Origin: Clostridia bacterium
GTDB lineage: Bacteria; Bacillota; Clostridia; Christensenellales; Borkfalkiaceae
Assembly: GCA_017482415.1 (NCBI GenBank)
Contig: JAFUMY010000112.1
Coordinates: forward strand, 1-48,674
Reading direction: 5' to 3'
Length of the DNA: 48,674 nt
The notes below the pieces were generated by a model, which was given only the letters and a program-made list of their open reading frames with translations, did not search any database and was not told where the DNA came from. This document shows positions 32,562 through 43,791 of the stretch, one piece after another. The first letter of the stretch is position 1. Each line of letters opens with the position of its first letter. Both the position numbers and the translations under genes were made by a program.

Positions 32562-33659
32562 TTAGGATTTTTTCAGATAATCGATGACGAAGCCGTGAAT
32601 ATCCCCGTCCATAACCGCCTGAATGTCCCCTTTTTCGAAGCCCGTGCGGTGGTCTTTTGCGAGCGTATACGGACAGAATACGTAGGAACGAATCTGTGCA
32701 CCCCACTCGATTTTCTTCACGTCGCCCTTCATCGCCGCCGCTTCTGCTTGGCGCTGTTCAATCTTCTTTTCAAGAAGCTTTGAACGAAGCATGTTAAAGC
32801 ACATCGCTTTATTTTGAAGCTGCGAACGCTCGTTCTGGCACTGTACCACAATCCCCGTAGGGAAATGGGTGATACGCACGGCAGAGGCAACCTTGTTTAC
32901 GTTTTGACCGCCTGCGCCGCCCGAATGGTAAATATCGATACGGATATCGTCGTCGTTGATTTCTACTTCGTTGTCGTCCTCAACCTCGGGCATAACCTCC
33001 AACGAACAGAAGGAGGTTTGACGGCGTTTGTTTGCGTCGAACGGGGAAATACGCACAAGTCTGTGTACCCCCATTTCCGCTTTCAAATAGCCGTATGCAT
33101 TTTCACCTTCTACGCGGAAATCCACACTCTTAAAGCCTGCGCCGTCCCCTGCTTCACGGTCGAGTTCATATACCTTGAATCCTCTCTTTTCGCAATAACG
33201 GCAATACATACGGTAAAGCATCTGACACCAGTCGCACGCCTCCGTACCGCCTGCGCCTGCATGAAGCGCAAGCATGGCGTTATGATTGTCGTAAGGCCCT
33301 TTCAAAATCGCGCGGATACGCATATCTTCGATATCCTTTTCCGCCGTTACCAGCATTTCGTCAAGCTCTGCAATCAAGCTCTCGTCCTCGGTCTCCTCGA
33401 TAAGGTCGATAACGTCCTCCGCATCGGTAAGCGCGTTTGCGCCCTTTTCATATGCCGTAATTTTATTGCGAATCCCTGCAATCTCTCTGCCGATTTTAGT
33501 CGATTTTTCAAGGTCCTGCCAAACGTCAGGGTTTTCCTGTTCCTTTTCAAGCTCTGCAAGTCTGGGACGAAGATGCTCGATATCCAGGGCGTATTCCGCC
33601 TCTTTCAAAATCTCGCGCATGCCTTGTATTTTTAATCTGTAATCGTCTGCTTTGAACAT
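32562..33659 (-). CDS. prfB: Release factor 2, mirror copy of 15016..16113
   Basis: Identical translation. Confidence 0.95.
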   Translation of the reverse strand: MFKADDYRLKIQGMREILKEAEYALDIEHLRPRLAELEKEQENPDVWQDLEKSTKIGREIAGIRNKITAYEKGANALTDAEDVIDLIEETEDESLIAELDEMLVTAEKDIEDMRIRAILKGPYDNHNAMLALHAGAGGTEACDWCQMLYRMYCRYCEKRGFKVYELDREAGDGAGFKSVDFRVEGENAYGYLKAEMGVHRLVRISPFDANKRRQTSFCSLEVMPEVEDDNEVEINDDDIRIDIYHSGGAGGQNVNKVASAVRITHFPTGIVVQCQNERSQLQNKAMCFNMLRSKLLEKKIEQRQAEAAAMKGDVKKIEWGAQIRSYVFCPYTLAKDHRTGFEKGDIQAVMDGDIHGFVIDYLKKS

Positions 33660-33675
33660 AAAAATTCCTTATTGA

Positions 33676-36627
33676 TTATTGATTGTCCTTTTTGTCTGCC
33701 TGTGCATTCTGCGCTGCTTTAAACGAAGACATATTCGATAAAGGCTCGGGCATCTGACGACGGAAAGGACGAGGCGAAACGGGTCTTGCCGCAGGTGCAG
33801 CCGCGTTATTCGCCGCAGGTGCTGCGTTTACGTTCTGCGGTGCAGGACGCATTTCAATTTTCACCTTCAACAGCACGCTAATGACCGTGCGCTGAATACG
33901 CGCAACCATCTCGTCAAACATGTCGAAGCCCTCTTTCTTATAGGAAATAATCGGGTCGACCTGACCGTAAGCGCGAAGGCTGATACCTTTACGAAGCTGA
34001 TCCATCGCGTCGATATGGTCAATCCAGTTTCTATCAACCGTCATAAGCAGTACGCGTCTTTCTACGTTCGAGAAATCTACGCCCTGTTCTTTGAGCTCTT
34101 CAATCTTCTTTTCGTATTCCTTTTCGACCTTTCTGCAAATTTTCTTCAATGCCTGCTCGTAATCCCACTTCATAAGACGCTCGGGCGTGACGTAATTCGT
34201 ACCCTCGGGAAGAAGCTTTGCTTCCAAAGCCGCATTGAGCTCTTCTGCGTTCCAAAGCTCGGGCATGTCTTCGACGTTGACCGCCGCAGACAGCGTTTCC
34301 GCAACGTAGTCGGGGATATATTTCAACACCTGCTCGTGTACGTCCGCGCCCTTCAAAACGTTCATACGTTCTTCATACATAACCATACGCTGTTTGTTCA
34401 TGACGTCGTCGTACTGCAAAACGTTTTTACGGATACCGAAGTTTCTGCCTTCGATGTTCTTCTGTGCATTTTCAATGCCGTGCGAAAGCATACGGGACTG
34501 CAAGCAGGTATCCTCGTCAATCTTGAAGAAGTTATACAACGCCTTCATTCTCTCGCCACCGAAACGGAGCACGAGATCGTCCTCCAAGGACAGGAAGAAT
34601 ACGGACATACCGATGTCGCCCTGACGGCCGGAACGGCCACGGAGCTGGTTGTCGATACGACGGGATTCGTGACGCTCGGTACCGATGATGCAAAGACCGC
34701 CCGCCTCGATAACCTTTTCCTTTTCTGCGTCCGTTTCCTTTTTATAGTATTCGTATACCTTTTGGTATCTATCGCGAAGGGCTTGGATTTCCTCGCTGAC
34801 GTCGGTGATATAGGTGCTGATTGCAAGCTCGATATCGTCCTTATCTGCGCCCTCTTCTCTCAAACGCTTCTTCGCGAGGTATTCAGGGTTACCGCCAAGC
34901 AAGATGTCCGTACCACGGCCTGCCATGTTCGTGGAAATGGTAACCGCGCCAAAACGACCTGCCTGCGCAACGATTTCTGCTTCACGCTCGTGATTCTTTG
35001 CGTTCAAAATATTATGTTTGACCCCGTTACGCTTCAACAAACGGGAAATTTCTTCCGATTTATCTACGGACGACGTACCTACGAGAATGGGCTGACCGCT
35101 TTCGTGGCGTTGCATAATCTCGTTGACGATTGCGCGCTTTTTGCCGTCCACCGTCGAGTATACCATATCGGGAAGATCGACACGCTGAATGGGACGGTTG
35201 GTGGGAATTTCCACAACGTCAAGGGAGTAAATTGTTCTAAACTCCGCTTCTTCCGTCTTTGCCGTACCCGTCATACCCGAGAGCTTGGAATACAAACGGA
35301 AATAGTTTTGGAAGGTGATGGTTGCGTACGTCTTATTTTCACTGCGTACCTCTACCCCTTCCTTCGCCTCGATTGCCTGGTGCAAACCGTCGGAGAAACG
35401 ACGTCCAATCATAAGACGCCCCGTGAACTCGTCGACGATGATAACCTCACCGTCGCTTACGATATAGTCCTCGTCCAGTTTAAAGAGCTTATGCGCTTTG
35501 AGTGCCTGTTGGATATGGTGGTTTAAATCTGCATGCTCGATTTCCGCAATGCTGTCGATACGGAAGAATTTTTCCGCCTTTCTTGCACCGCTGTCCGTGA
35601 GCTCGACCGTTTTATCCTTACGGTTGATAATATAATCCCAATCCTTTTCCGCCGCAAGCGAACGCTTCCCTGCGGGCGCAGCCGCCAAAGCCGCCGCTTT
35701 CTTTTCCGCCTGTTCCGCTTCGTAGTTCGCCTGTTCTTCCAAGGTCATCTTGGTGTAGTCGACGTATTCTTCCGTTTCTTCTTCGTCCTCTACGTCCTCG
35801 ACGATTTTCTTCTTTTTCTTGTTCTTTTTCTCTGCGCGGAGTGCTTCCAAAGCTGCCGCCTCCGCATCTTTCAGCTCGTCGTCGAAACCACCCGAGAAGG
35901 TGCGAACAAGCTTATCCACCTGCAAATACAAATCGGAGGATTTTTCACCTTTACCGGAAATAATCAAAGGCGTTCTCGCTTCGTCAATCAAAATGGAGTC
36001 GACTTCGTCGACGATTGCAAAGGTCAAATCCCTTTGTACCATTTTATTTAAATCAGTTTTAAGGTTATCTCTAAGGTAATCGAAACCGAACTCGTTGTTC
36101 GTACCGTATACGATATCACACTTATACGCGTCACGTTTTTCGTCGTCCTCCATACCGGGAACAACAACGCCGACGGTGAGCCCCATGAATTTATGGACTT
36201 TCCCCATCCATTCCGCGTCACGCTTTGCAAGGTAATCGTTTACCGTAACGATATGCACGCTCTTGCCTGTCAAAGCGTTTAAATAGGCAGGCAGGGTGGA
36301 AACGAGGGTTTTACCTTCACCTGTACGCATTTCTGCGATACGCCCCTGATGCAAACAGATACCGCCGATAATCTGTACGCGGAAATGACGCATACCCAGT
36401 ACGCGCTTACCCGCTTCGCGGAGCGCCGCAAATGCGTCGTATAAAATATCGTCCAGCGTTTCGCCGTTTTGAAGACGTTCTTTTAAAATCCCCGTCTGCG
36501 CTTTGAGCGTTTCGTCGTCCATGGCTTGGTACTTCGGCTCTAACGCCTCTACCATATCCGCCATTTTATTCAGCTTTTTCAAGCTTTTTCTTCCGTCACC
36601 GCTCATTAAATATTTAATCAATCCCAT
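33676..36627 (-). CDS. secA: SecA, mirror copy of 12048..14999
   Basis: Identical translation. Confidence 0.97.
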   Translation of the reverse strand: MGLIKYLMSGDGRKSLKKLNKMADMVEALEPKYQAMDDETLKAQTGILKERLQNGETLDDILYDAFAALREAGKRVLGMRHFRVQIIGGICLHQGRIAEMRTGEGKTLVSTLPAYLNALTGKSVHIVTVNDYLAKRDAEWMGKVHKFMGLTVGVVVPGMEDDEKRDAYKCDIVYGTNNEFGFDYLRDNLKTDLNKMVQRDLTFAIVDEVDSILIDEARTPLIISGKGEKSSDLYLQVDKLVRTFSGGFDDELKDAEAAALEALRAEKKNKKKKKIVEDVEDEEETEEYVDYTKMTLEEQANYEAEQAEKKAAALAAAPAGKRSLAAEKDWDYIINRKDKTVELTDSGARKAEKFFRIDSIAEIEHADLNHHIQQALKAHKLFKLDEDYIVSDGEVIIVDEFTGRLMIGRRFSDGLHQAIEAKEGVEVRSENKTYATITFQNYFRLYSKLSGMTGTAKTEEAEFRTIYSLDVVEIPTNRPIQRVDLPDMVYSTVDGKKRAIVNEIMQRHESGQPILVGTSSVDKSEEISRLLKRNGVKHNILNAKNHEREAEIVAQAGRFGAVTISTNMAGRGTDILLGGNPEYLAKKRLREEGADKDDIELAISTYITDVSEEIQALRDRYQKVYEYYKKETDAEKEKVIEAGGLCIIGTERHESRRIDNQLRGRSGRQGDIGMSVFFLSLEDDLVLRFGGERMKALYNFFKIDEDTCLQSRMLSHGIENAQKNIEGRNFGIRKNVLQYDDVMNKQRMVMYEERMNVLKGADVHEQVLKYIPDYVAETLSAAVNVEDMPELWNAEELNAALEAKLLPEGTNYVTPERLMKWDYEQALKKICRKVEKEYEKKIEELKEQGVDFSNVERRVLLMTVDRNWIDHIDAMDQLRKGISLRAYGQVDPIISYKKEGFDMFDEMVARIQRTVISVLLKVKIEMRPAPQNVNAAPAANNAAAPAARPVSPRPFRRQMPEPLSNMSSFKAAQNAQADKKDNQ

Positions 36628-36872
36628 TAGAAAAACTCCGATAGATTTATTTTTTCTTGTCTCGTTTGCCTAAGCCTATCAAGACCAAATAGGCATATTT
36701 AGGCAATTTACCATCACTTTATATTATACAATATTTAAAAGGAAACTCCAAGCATTTTCGCCTCGTTTTTTTAAAAAATATCGCAAGCTACGCCTTTCCC
36801 TTGTTTAATTTGTAAACCTACGATAGATATATAACCGCTTTTGCGAGTTTTGAGACAGAATTTTAAAAGATA

Positions 36873-37107
36873 AGTGAAGTTTTTGCTAAAGCAAAAGTGA
36901 AGTTTGGCTTATTAGCCAAGTGAAGTTGTTTGCTACGCAAACAGTGAAGTTAAGCTTGCTTTTAAGGCAAGCTTAGTTAAGGCTTTATTTAAAACGGTTT
37001 TACGTATAAATAACAGCCATAATTTTTACGAAGTAAAAACTTCACTGCGCTAACAGCGCAACTTCACTCACAAAATGAACTTCACTTAGGCGCAGCCCAA
37101 ATTTCAC
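36873..37107. repeat. Composite GTGAAGTT repeat element, mirror of copy B
   Basis: Reverse complement of 11568..11802. Confidence 0.9.
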
Positions 37108-37109
37108 CT

Positions 37110-37148
37110 AAAAGGCAAGAAGCCGAGAGGAATAATCCTCTCGGCTTC
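37110..37148 (-). terminator. Mirror copy of the lipoprotein-gene terminator
   Basis: Reverse complement of 11527..11565. Confidence 0.8.
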
Positions 37149-37168
37149 CGTTACCTATTCGGTTTTTA

Positions 37169-40100
37169 TTAGAGCGCAAGCTCCGAAGCATCGAAGGTCA
37201 ACGCCATTTCAAGCCACGTAGCCTCGCCGCCTTCAACAATCGTTCTTTCTTCAACGCTGAAGATTACGGCAACGTTTTCTACCTCGATTCCCAACTCTGC
37301 AATGCACGCCTTCAAAACGTCCATGTTCACGGTTACGATACCGCTTTCACGGTTATGCTCGTAGCAGTGGTCGCCCTTCCATTCGTTTTCAGGGCTCGTT
37401 ACCACCTTCGTGTACAAATCGTCCGCCGTGATGGTAATACGCTCCGTGCTGTTGTAATCGTAGTTCAAAACGATGTCGACAAGCACAAGGCTATCCTGAC
37501 CTTGAACGGCTCTCCATTCACGGTAGTTATAGTAACCCACCTTAAGCACGCCGTCTTCTACCATATCCTCAAGGGAAATGATTGCATCCGAGCCCGTGGA
37601 GCTTTCCGTTCCGCAGTGTCCGCAATAGTAATGGTCACCGTTATAGTACCAGTTGTGTCCGTCGTCGTGGTTAGCCCACCAATGCTCATCAGGCGCGCGG
37701 TAGTAGCCGTCTTCATCTCCGCACACGCTGCAAATTCTACCCTCGTAATAGTACTGCGTGCAGGAATCGCCATCCTTACCGCTTACATATTGGTAGTTAT
37801 GGTTCGTACCGCTCGTTTCATACTCGCCCGTTTTAAGGTCATATTGCATGTACGTGCAATACTCGTCGTATTCTCTGTACCAACCGTAAGTACCCAACAC
37901 GTCCTCATAATAGGTCTGTCTACCATGTTCATCATAAGTATTACGAGACCAAGAGGTAACCGTACCGCAGTGCTGGCAGGTCCATTTCGTTTCCCAACCT
38001 GTACCGTACTTATTGCTGTATTCCGTAGAAGAATACGTGTCGTAATAATGGCGGTTATACGGTCCTTCGTTATCCACCAACGTAAGCGCTACGTTGCCTG
38101 CCTTATCGAAGAAACGGTAGGTGTAGGTAGACCATACCTGACAGCCGTCCTCCGTGCCATTGTAGCTATAATTCCAATCGCATTCTACCGTGTACTTGTA
38201 CTGACAAAGCTCAAGCGAGCAGGTGTACGTTTCGATATAATTTCTATGCGTATGCTCGTCAACGATATACTGCCTATCCGAATTGTTAAAATAATGCATA
38301 TTGCTTCCGTTGCCTTGCCAATGATCAATATACTTTTCTGCACCGCAAGCGCATTCATACCATACGACAACCATATCACCGCACTCTTCGCTGACGTCTT
38401 CAATTACGTATTCGTGGCGATAGGTATTATGATAATATTCTTTATGGAAAGAGGTGATTCTGTCGCAATCTACGCACTTCCAATACATGTATACACCGTC
38501 CTCACAGCTCGTGGAGCCGGGAGCGAGCTCGTAATACATCTGGGTGTTATGTCCGCCGTCTACGTACTGTGCGGTACGTGCGCCGCAAACGGTACATTCG
38601 TAGATTTCATAGGTGTATGCACAGCCTTCGCCTTTCTTCGTTTCAACCAGCTTGTAGCAATGCTGCGTACCCGAAGCGTATTCGCCGGTCGCCGCGTTGT
38701 ATGCAAGGGTAAAGTAACGGCTCTGATTCCAATCTTGAACGAGTACGTTTTCCGTGCCAACCACGTTACCGTCTGCATCAATCCATGCATCGCAGTAGCC
38801 GTAGTAGCCGCGCCAGTAGCCTTCCGAAATCAACCAACCGTGACAATCGGTGGACGCCATGAAATCAACGTCGCTATCTCTCATCATATAGAGGTTGGTG
38901 AGACGAATTCTTGCCTTCGTGCAAGTCTTGCCGTTATAGGTTTCCGTGCCGTAAACGTTTTCGATGTCGTAGTCGGAAAGGTACCATTCTTCATCATAGT
39001 AGTAATCGTCGGACGAATCGCCGCCAAAGTACCAAAGATAGGTCTTGCCGTCTACTACGTAAACGTTATAGTTATCCGTTTCGAAGCCTTCCGTGAACTG
39101 ATATGCTTTCTTTGCAGCTTCTGCCTTTGCAACTACGTCTTCGTATACGCCTGCATACGTACCGTCTGCAACGAACTTAAATTCGCCGTTAATCTTCACG
39201 TCGTAAAGGGTGTAAACACCGTCCTGACCAAGCGTCTTGCCCGTATTGTCTACGGGAACGAAATCAGTAAGCTTCGCGCCGAAGGAAAGGAGCGCACCCG
39301 ATTTATCCGTCGTGAAGGTTACAGGGTTGTTACGAAGTGCCTTCGTTACGTCTTCAATCGTCGCTTGAATATCTGCAATTTCGCCGTCCGAAAGCTCTGC
39401 CATATCAAAAATCTTCATCGCTTTGAGCTGTTCAGCGCACTCATTGATCATCGCTTTATAATCAATCGCTTCCTCTACCACTTCGCTAAGCATCTCGTCG
39501 AGGACCTCGGAAATCTTCACGTTGCCCATTTCCGCGATCGTCGCTTTGATGTCGAATGCTTCGGGAGCTTCGTTTGCCGCCATAGGCTTCACGCCTCCCT
39601 GAATACCTTGACTGGGCATACTACTGTTGCTGCTAGCGTTGCCGCCAACAGAGCCGCCGCCCATGTTACCCATCATGCCGGCATATTTGTTGATAAAGGT
39701 ATATACCGTATCAATATTGATACCCCATGCTGCAAGCTCGGTCTTAACGTCCGCTTCAAACTGGGCAACCGTCTTATCAACGGAAGCTACAAGGAAGCTC
39801 TGCGTTGCCGCAAACGCACCTTCGCCGAACACGAGGTCGAAAAGCTTATCAACCGTGTTGTTCTTAATCGCATTGTACATTTCAAGCGCGCGGTCTGCAT
39901 TCAACGTGAACATATAGCCGTTTTCCGTTTCGGTCTTGGTGAAACAATATTCAATGACCGTTTTCAGGACGTTGTTCATACGGCTGTTTTCGCCTGCGCC
40001 AAAGCCCGAAAGCAAACCGCCGATTTCTGCAACGTTGCCGCTCATCATTTGAATAAACGCAGGGAATTCATCTTCTTCCATATCGAACATATACGATTGA

Positions 40101-42145
40101 GGAACAACCATATACTGTTCGTAAGCAGCGCCCATTGTTTCCGTTGCCTTTGTGTATGCGTAAATCATACCGTCACGGAATACGAATTTCATAACGCCGG
40201 AAGCGTTATCCGAGGACGGGGATTTGCCCGTTTCTTCGTTCGTCATGACCATGGTACCCTCGCCTTTGCCTACGATACCCGTTTCGTCGAATCCGATTTG
40301 TACCTGTGCAAGGGACATTTTATAGGTTATGTTCTGCTTGTCACCGTTCGAATAGGTATTCACCATTTCGATGTTCAAGCCGCTTACTTCAAGATAATAG
40401 GTTTCTACCAACGCAAGGCTTTCTACCATATTCCAGTAGAAGTTATTGGTCGCCGCATTGGGGTCCTTACGACCGCAAACGCTGCAAGCGCCGTTCGCAT
40501 AGGTGTGGCCCTTTGCGTCCGTTTCGCTGTCGGTGTAGGACGAATTACATACCGTACAGGTATGCGTCGTATAACCGTTTGCCGTACAGGTAGGTGCGGT
40601 TACGCTATCTTCATACTTATGCGCAACCTTTGCCGTGTAATCGGAAACGTATTTGTCGTTACAGAGCGAACAGGTATATACGGTATAGCCCATTTCCGTA
40701 CAGGTAGCCGCAACGACCGCCGACGAATAGTTATGCGAAAGCGCGGGCGTGAAGTTCGTGCGGGGCTCAACCTTCTTACAAACAAGACAGGTCTTTACCG
40801 TGTAGCCCTGCTGATTACATGCAGGATCAACCACCGTCGTTTTATAGGTATGCCCGTATGCTGCACAGCGTTCTGCCGCCGTCAAACGGATAACCGTATA
40901 ATACGAGAAATGGTTGGTGGTGAAGGTAGCAAAGCCTTCGCCGTTTACCTCGGAATAGGTAGCAGGCATTGCCGTTACTTTACCCTCATCGTTTATGTAA
41001 TAAACGCTGACCTCATCGGGGTCCATACCGTATTCAAGCGTATAAGGAACGGTTACGGTAAGCTCGCCGTTGAAATTCTTAATCGGGCCGCTTGCGTTCG
41101 ACATATTGAAGTTGTATACAGGGTTATTGCCAAGCTTGTTTGCCGTTTCGTTATCAATAATTCCCGAAACGTCCGCTTCTTCAACCGAAAGATTAACGTC
41201 TGCGCTGCCGAGCTGATTCTTAACAGCCTCGTCCATCTTAATCGCTGCGTTTTGAAGCTCTACCTCGCCTGCATCCTGAATTGCCGAGGAAGGAACGGTA
41301 GCCGAGGTCTGCGTCTTTGCAGAGAATACAGTCTTGGTTTCTGTACAACCGATGTGCTGACAGCTATAGCTCGTCAAGCCGTTATTCGTACCGCTAACCT
41401 GCCAATCATGCGCATTGGGATTGATTGCGATTTCTTCGGTAATTCTTTCGCCGCAATCATTACATTCAATCATTTTTGTACCGACTGTCGTACAAGTAGC
41501 TGCCATAGTGGTAACATGCGTGTTTGCATGTTTTTGGTATTCGCTTACAACAACCACAATAGACTCGCCGCAAGACTTACATTTTGTTGTTTCAATACCT
41601 TGATAGGTGCAAGGCGCAATTTGCACTTCTTCCGTCGTCCACGTGCAGCCATCGGTGTTGTGACCGGTCGCGCGCGCCGTGACGTTACGATAGCTGTCGC
41701 CGCAGCCTTTACAGGTATACGTCGTCATACCGTCCGTTGTACAGGTCGCTGCTACAACCGTTTCTTGATAGTTGTGATCGCCCGCCTTCGTTACGTTCGT
41801 CTTCTGGGTCGTACCGCAAACCGAACAGGTGTTCAGCGTGTAGCCGTCCGAAAGACAAGTCGCTTCGACAACCGTCGTGTTGTACTTGTGTCCGCCTGCG
41901 ATTTTTTCCGTCTTCGTTTCGCTACACTTCGTACAGGTGTACAGCATGCTACCGTCCGTTGTACAGGTTGCCGCCGTTTGCACTGTGCCTTCATTCCATA
42001 CGTGCGTACAAGCCGTCGTAGACGAGTCTTTTTTACCGCTGGAACTTTCCTCGTCGTCCTTACATGCCGCAAAGCCGAACATCAACGTCGTGCCAAGCGT
42101 CACACAAGAAAGGGCAACGAGTGCTTTTTTGAGCCATTTCTTCAC
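37169..42145 (-). CDS. Giant Cys3-His modular lipoprotein, mirror copy of 6530..11506
   Basis: Identical translation. Confidence 0.85.
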   Translation of the reverse strand: MKKWLKKALVALSCVTLGTTLMFGFAACKDDEESSSGKKDSSTTACTHVWNEGTVQTAATCTTDGSMLYTCTKCSETKTEKIAGGHKYNTTVVEATCLSDGYTLNTCSVCGTTQKTNVTKAGDHNYQETVVAATCTTDGMTTYTCKGCGDSYRNVTARATGHNTDGCTWTTEEVQIAPCTYQGIETTKCKSCGESIVVVVSEYQKHANTHVTTMAATCTTVGTKMIECNDCGERITEEIAINPNAHDWQVSGTNNGLTSYSCQHIGCTETKTVFSAKTQTSATVPSSAIQDAGEVELQNAAIKMDEAVKNQLGSADVNLSVEEADVSGIIDNETANKLGNNPVYNFNMSNASGPIKNFNGELTVTVPYTLEYGMDPDEVSVYYINDEGKVTAMPATYSEVNGEGFATFTTNHFSYYTVIRLTAAERCAAYGHTYKTTVVDPACNQQGYTVKTCLVCKKVEPRTNFTPALSHNYSSAVVAATCTEMGYTVYTCSLCNDKYVSDYTAKVAHKYEDSVTAPTCTANGYTTHTCTVCNSSYTDSETDAKGHTYANGACSVCGRKDPNAATNNFYWNMVESLALVETYYLEVSGLNIEMVNTYSNGDKQNITYKMSLAQVQIGFDETGIVGKGEGTMVMTNEETGKSPSSDNASGVMKFVFRDGMIYAYTKATETMGAAYEQYMVVPQSYMFDMEEDEFPAFIQMMSGNVAEIGGLLSGFGAGENSRMNNVLKTVIEYCFTKTETENGYMFTLNADRALEMYNAIKNNTVDKLFDLVFGEGAFAATQSFLVASVDKTVAQFEADVKTELAAWGINIDTVYTFINKYAGMMGNMGGGSVGGNASSNSSMPSQGIQGGVKPMAANEAPEAFDIKATIAEMGNVKISEVLDEMLSEVVEEAIDYKAMINECAEQLKAMKIFDMAELSDGEIADIQATIEDVTKALRNNPVTFTTDKSGALLSFGAKLTDFVPVDNTGKTLGQDGVYTLYDVKINGEFKFVADGTYAGVYEDVVAKAEAAKKAYQFTEGFETDNYNVYVVDGKTYLWYFGGDSSDDYYYDEEWYLSDYDIENVYGTETYNGKTCTKARIRLTNLYMMRDSDVDFMASTDCHGWLISEGYWRGYYGYCDAWIDADGNVVGTENVLVQDWNQSRYFTLAYNAATGEYASGTQHCYKLVETKKGEGCAYTYEIYECTVCGARTAQYVDGGHNTQMYYELAPGSTSCEDGVYMYWKCVDCDRITSFHKEYYHNTYRHEYVIEDVSEECGDMVVVWYECACGAEKYIDHWQGNGSNMHYFNNSDRQYIVDEHTHRNYIETYTCSLELCQYKYTVECDWNYSYNGTEDGCQVWSTYTYRFFDKAGNVALTLVDNEGPYNRHYYDTYSSTEYSNKYGTGWETKWTCQHCGTVTSWSRNTYDEHGRQTYYEDVLGTYGWYREYDEYCTYMQYDLKTGEYETSGTNHNYQYVSGKDGDSCTQYYYEGRICSVCGDEDGYYRAPDEHWWANHDDGHNWYYNGDHYYCGHCGTESSTGSDAIISLEDMVEDGVLKVGYYNYREWRAVQGQDSLVLVDIVLNYDYNSTERITITADDLYTKVVTSPENEWKGDHCYEHNRESGIVTVNMDVLKACIAELGIEVENVAVIFSVEERTIVEGGEATWLEMALTFDASELAL

Positions 42146-42231
42146 TGAGTTATACCTCCATTTTTCTTTTTACTTTTTCGGTAACAGTCCTCCGTAAAAA
42201 GCAAAAAAAGCGTTTCTCGCTTCTATTCATT

Positions 42232-42260
42232 ATTATATCACACGCACACGCAGGTGTCAA
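42232..42260 (-). promoter_or_regulatory. Mirror copy of the lipoprotein-gene promoter
   Basis: Reverse complement of 6415..6443. Confidence 0.6.
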
Positions 42261-42361
42261 GCGCGAAAGGGAAATTCTTTTGTGAAATTTTAGCGATATT
42301 TGCTAAACAAACCTCTTATTCATTCTCCCGATTGAAAATATCGATTCAATTTAAAATATCG

Positions 42362-42391
42362 TTGACAAAGCTACGGATAATATGCTATACT
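42362..42391 (+). promoter_or_regulatory. Mirror copy of the asnA promoter (TTGACA, 18 nt, TGcTATACT)
   Basis: Read directly on the + strand at 42362-42391. Confidence 0.55.
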
Positions 42392-42422
42392 ATGATAAAT
42401 TCACGAAAAGGTGTTAAAAATC

Positions 42423-43430
42423 ATGAGTAAGGTATATATTCCAAAGGGTTACGAATCGGCTTTGGGCTTATACGATACGCAGACGGCGATCGGGCTATTG
42501 AAGCGCACTTTTGAAGAGCGGCTTTGCCTCGTTTTGAACCTTAAACGCGTATCTGCCCCCCTCTTCGTTGACCCTACGACAGGTTTAAACGACGATTTAA
42601 GCGGCACGGAACGCCCCGTTCGTTTCGATTTAAAGGAGACGGGGAAGGATGCAGTCGTGGTGCATTCGCTCGCAAAATGGAAGCGTATGGCGCTCTCTGT
42701 TTACGGCTTTTCCGCAGGCGAGGGCTTGTATACGGACATGAACGCAATCCGCCGTGACGAGGAAATGGATAACCTGCATTCGGTGTACACCGATCAGTGG
42801 GACTGGGAAAAGATTATCACCCCTGAAACTCGAAACGTCGAATATCTTAAAAACGTAGTACGGGGCATTGTCGGCGCGATATGCGACACCCTCGATTTTC
42901 TGCGCTGTCGGTATCCGCAAATCGGTGTTGAGCTGACACGTACCGTGAAATTTATCACCTCACAGGAGCTTGAAGATTTATACCCCGAGCTTTCCTCTAA
43001 GGAACGCGAAAACGCCATTGTGAAAGAGCATAAAACGGTATTTATTATGCAGATTGGCGATAAACTGAAATCGGGAAAGCCGCACGATTCGCGAGCCCCC
43101 GACTACGACGATTGGAGCTTAAACGGTGATATCTTGTTCTGGGACGACGTACTCGGCTGTGCGATGGAGATCTCGTCCATGGGTATTCGAGTTGACGAAA
43201 AAGCCTTAGATGAACAGCTGAAAAAATCGGGCTTAGACGAGCGCAGAGCACTCCCCTTCCATAAGGCACTTTTGGCAGGAAAATTACCTCTTACAATGGG
43301 CGGCGGTATCGGGCAATCAAGGCTTTCCATGCTGTTGCTTGGAAAAGCGCATATCGGCGAAGTACAGGTTTCCCTTTGGGATGAACAAACCCGACGTACC
43401 TGTGCAGAAAAAGGCGTAGTGCTGTTGTAA
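42423..43430 (+). CDS. asnA: Aspartate--ammonia ligase, mirror copy of 5245..6252
   Basis: Identical translation. Confidence 0.88.
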   Translation: MSKVYIPKGYESALGLYDTQTAIGLLKRTFEERLCLVLNLKRVSAPLFVDPTTGLNDDLSGTERPVRFDLKETGKDAVVVHSLAKWKRMALSVYGFSAGEGLYTDMNAIRRDEEMDNLHSVYTDQWDWEKIITPETRNVEYLKNVVRGIVGAICDTLDFLRCRYPQIGVELTRTVKFITSQELEDLYPELSSKERENAIVKEHKTVFIMQIGDKLKSGKPHDSRAPDYDDWSLNGDILFWDDVLGCAMEISSMGIRVDEKALDEQLKKSGLDERRALPFHKALLAGKLPLTMGGGIGQSRLSMLLLGKAHIGEVQVSLWDEQTRRTCAEKGVVLL

Positions 43431-43437
43431 TGAACTG

Positions 43438-43473
43438 AAAAAACGGACTCTTTTGGAAGGGTCCGTTTTTTTT
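43438..43473 (+). terminator. Mirror copy of the asnA terminator
   Basis: aaaaaacggactctt-ttgg-aagggtccgtttttttt. Confidence 0.75.
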
Positions 43474-43512
43474 GTGAATTGGAAAGGTTTTTTATCATCA
43501 AGTCTATTATAG

Positions 43513-43744
43513 GTGAAGTTTGTCCTTTAGACAAGTGAAGTTTGCTGAAAGCAAGTGAAGTTGTTCGTTGCGCGAACAGTGAAGTTAAGCTTGCCTAATC
43601 GGCAAGCTTAGTTTAGGCTTTATTTAAAACGGTTTTTACGTATAAATAACAGCCATATCTTTTACGAAGTAAAAACTTCACTTGGGCATAGCCCAAACTT
43701 CACTCACGAAGTGAACTTCACTTGTCTAAAAGACAAACTTCACC
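43513..43744. repeat. Composite GTGAAGTT repeat element, mirror of copy A
   Basis: Reverse complement of 4931..5162. Confidence 0.9.
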
Positions 43745-43746
43745 AC

Positions 43747-43784
43747 AAAAAATCCTCTTACGGAAATTTCCGTAAGAGGATTTT
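43747..43784 (-). terminator. Mirror copy of the terminator at 4891..4928
   Basis: Reverse complement of the left-arm hairpin. Confidence 0.85.
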
Positions 43785-43791
43785 ATCGTTT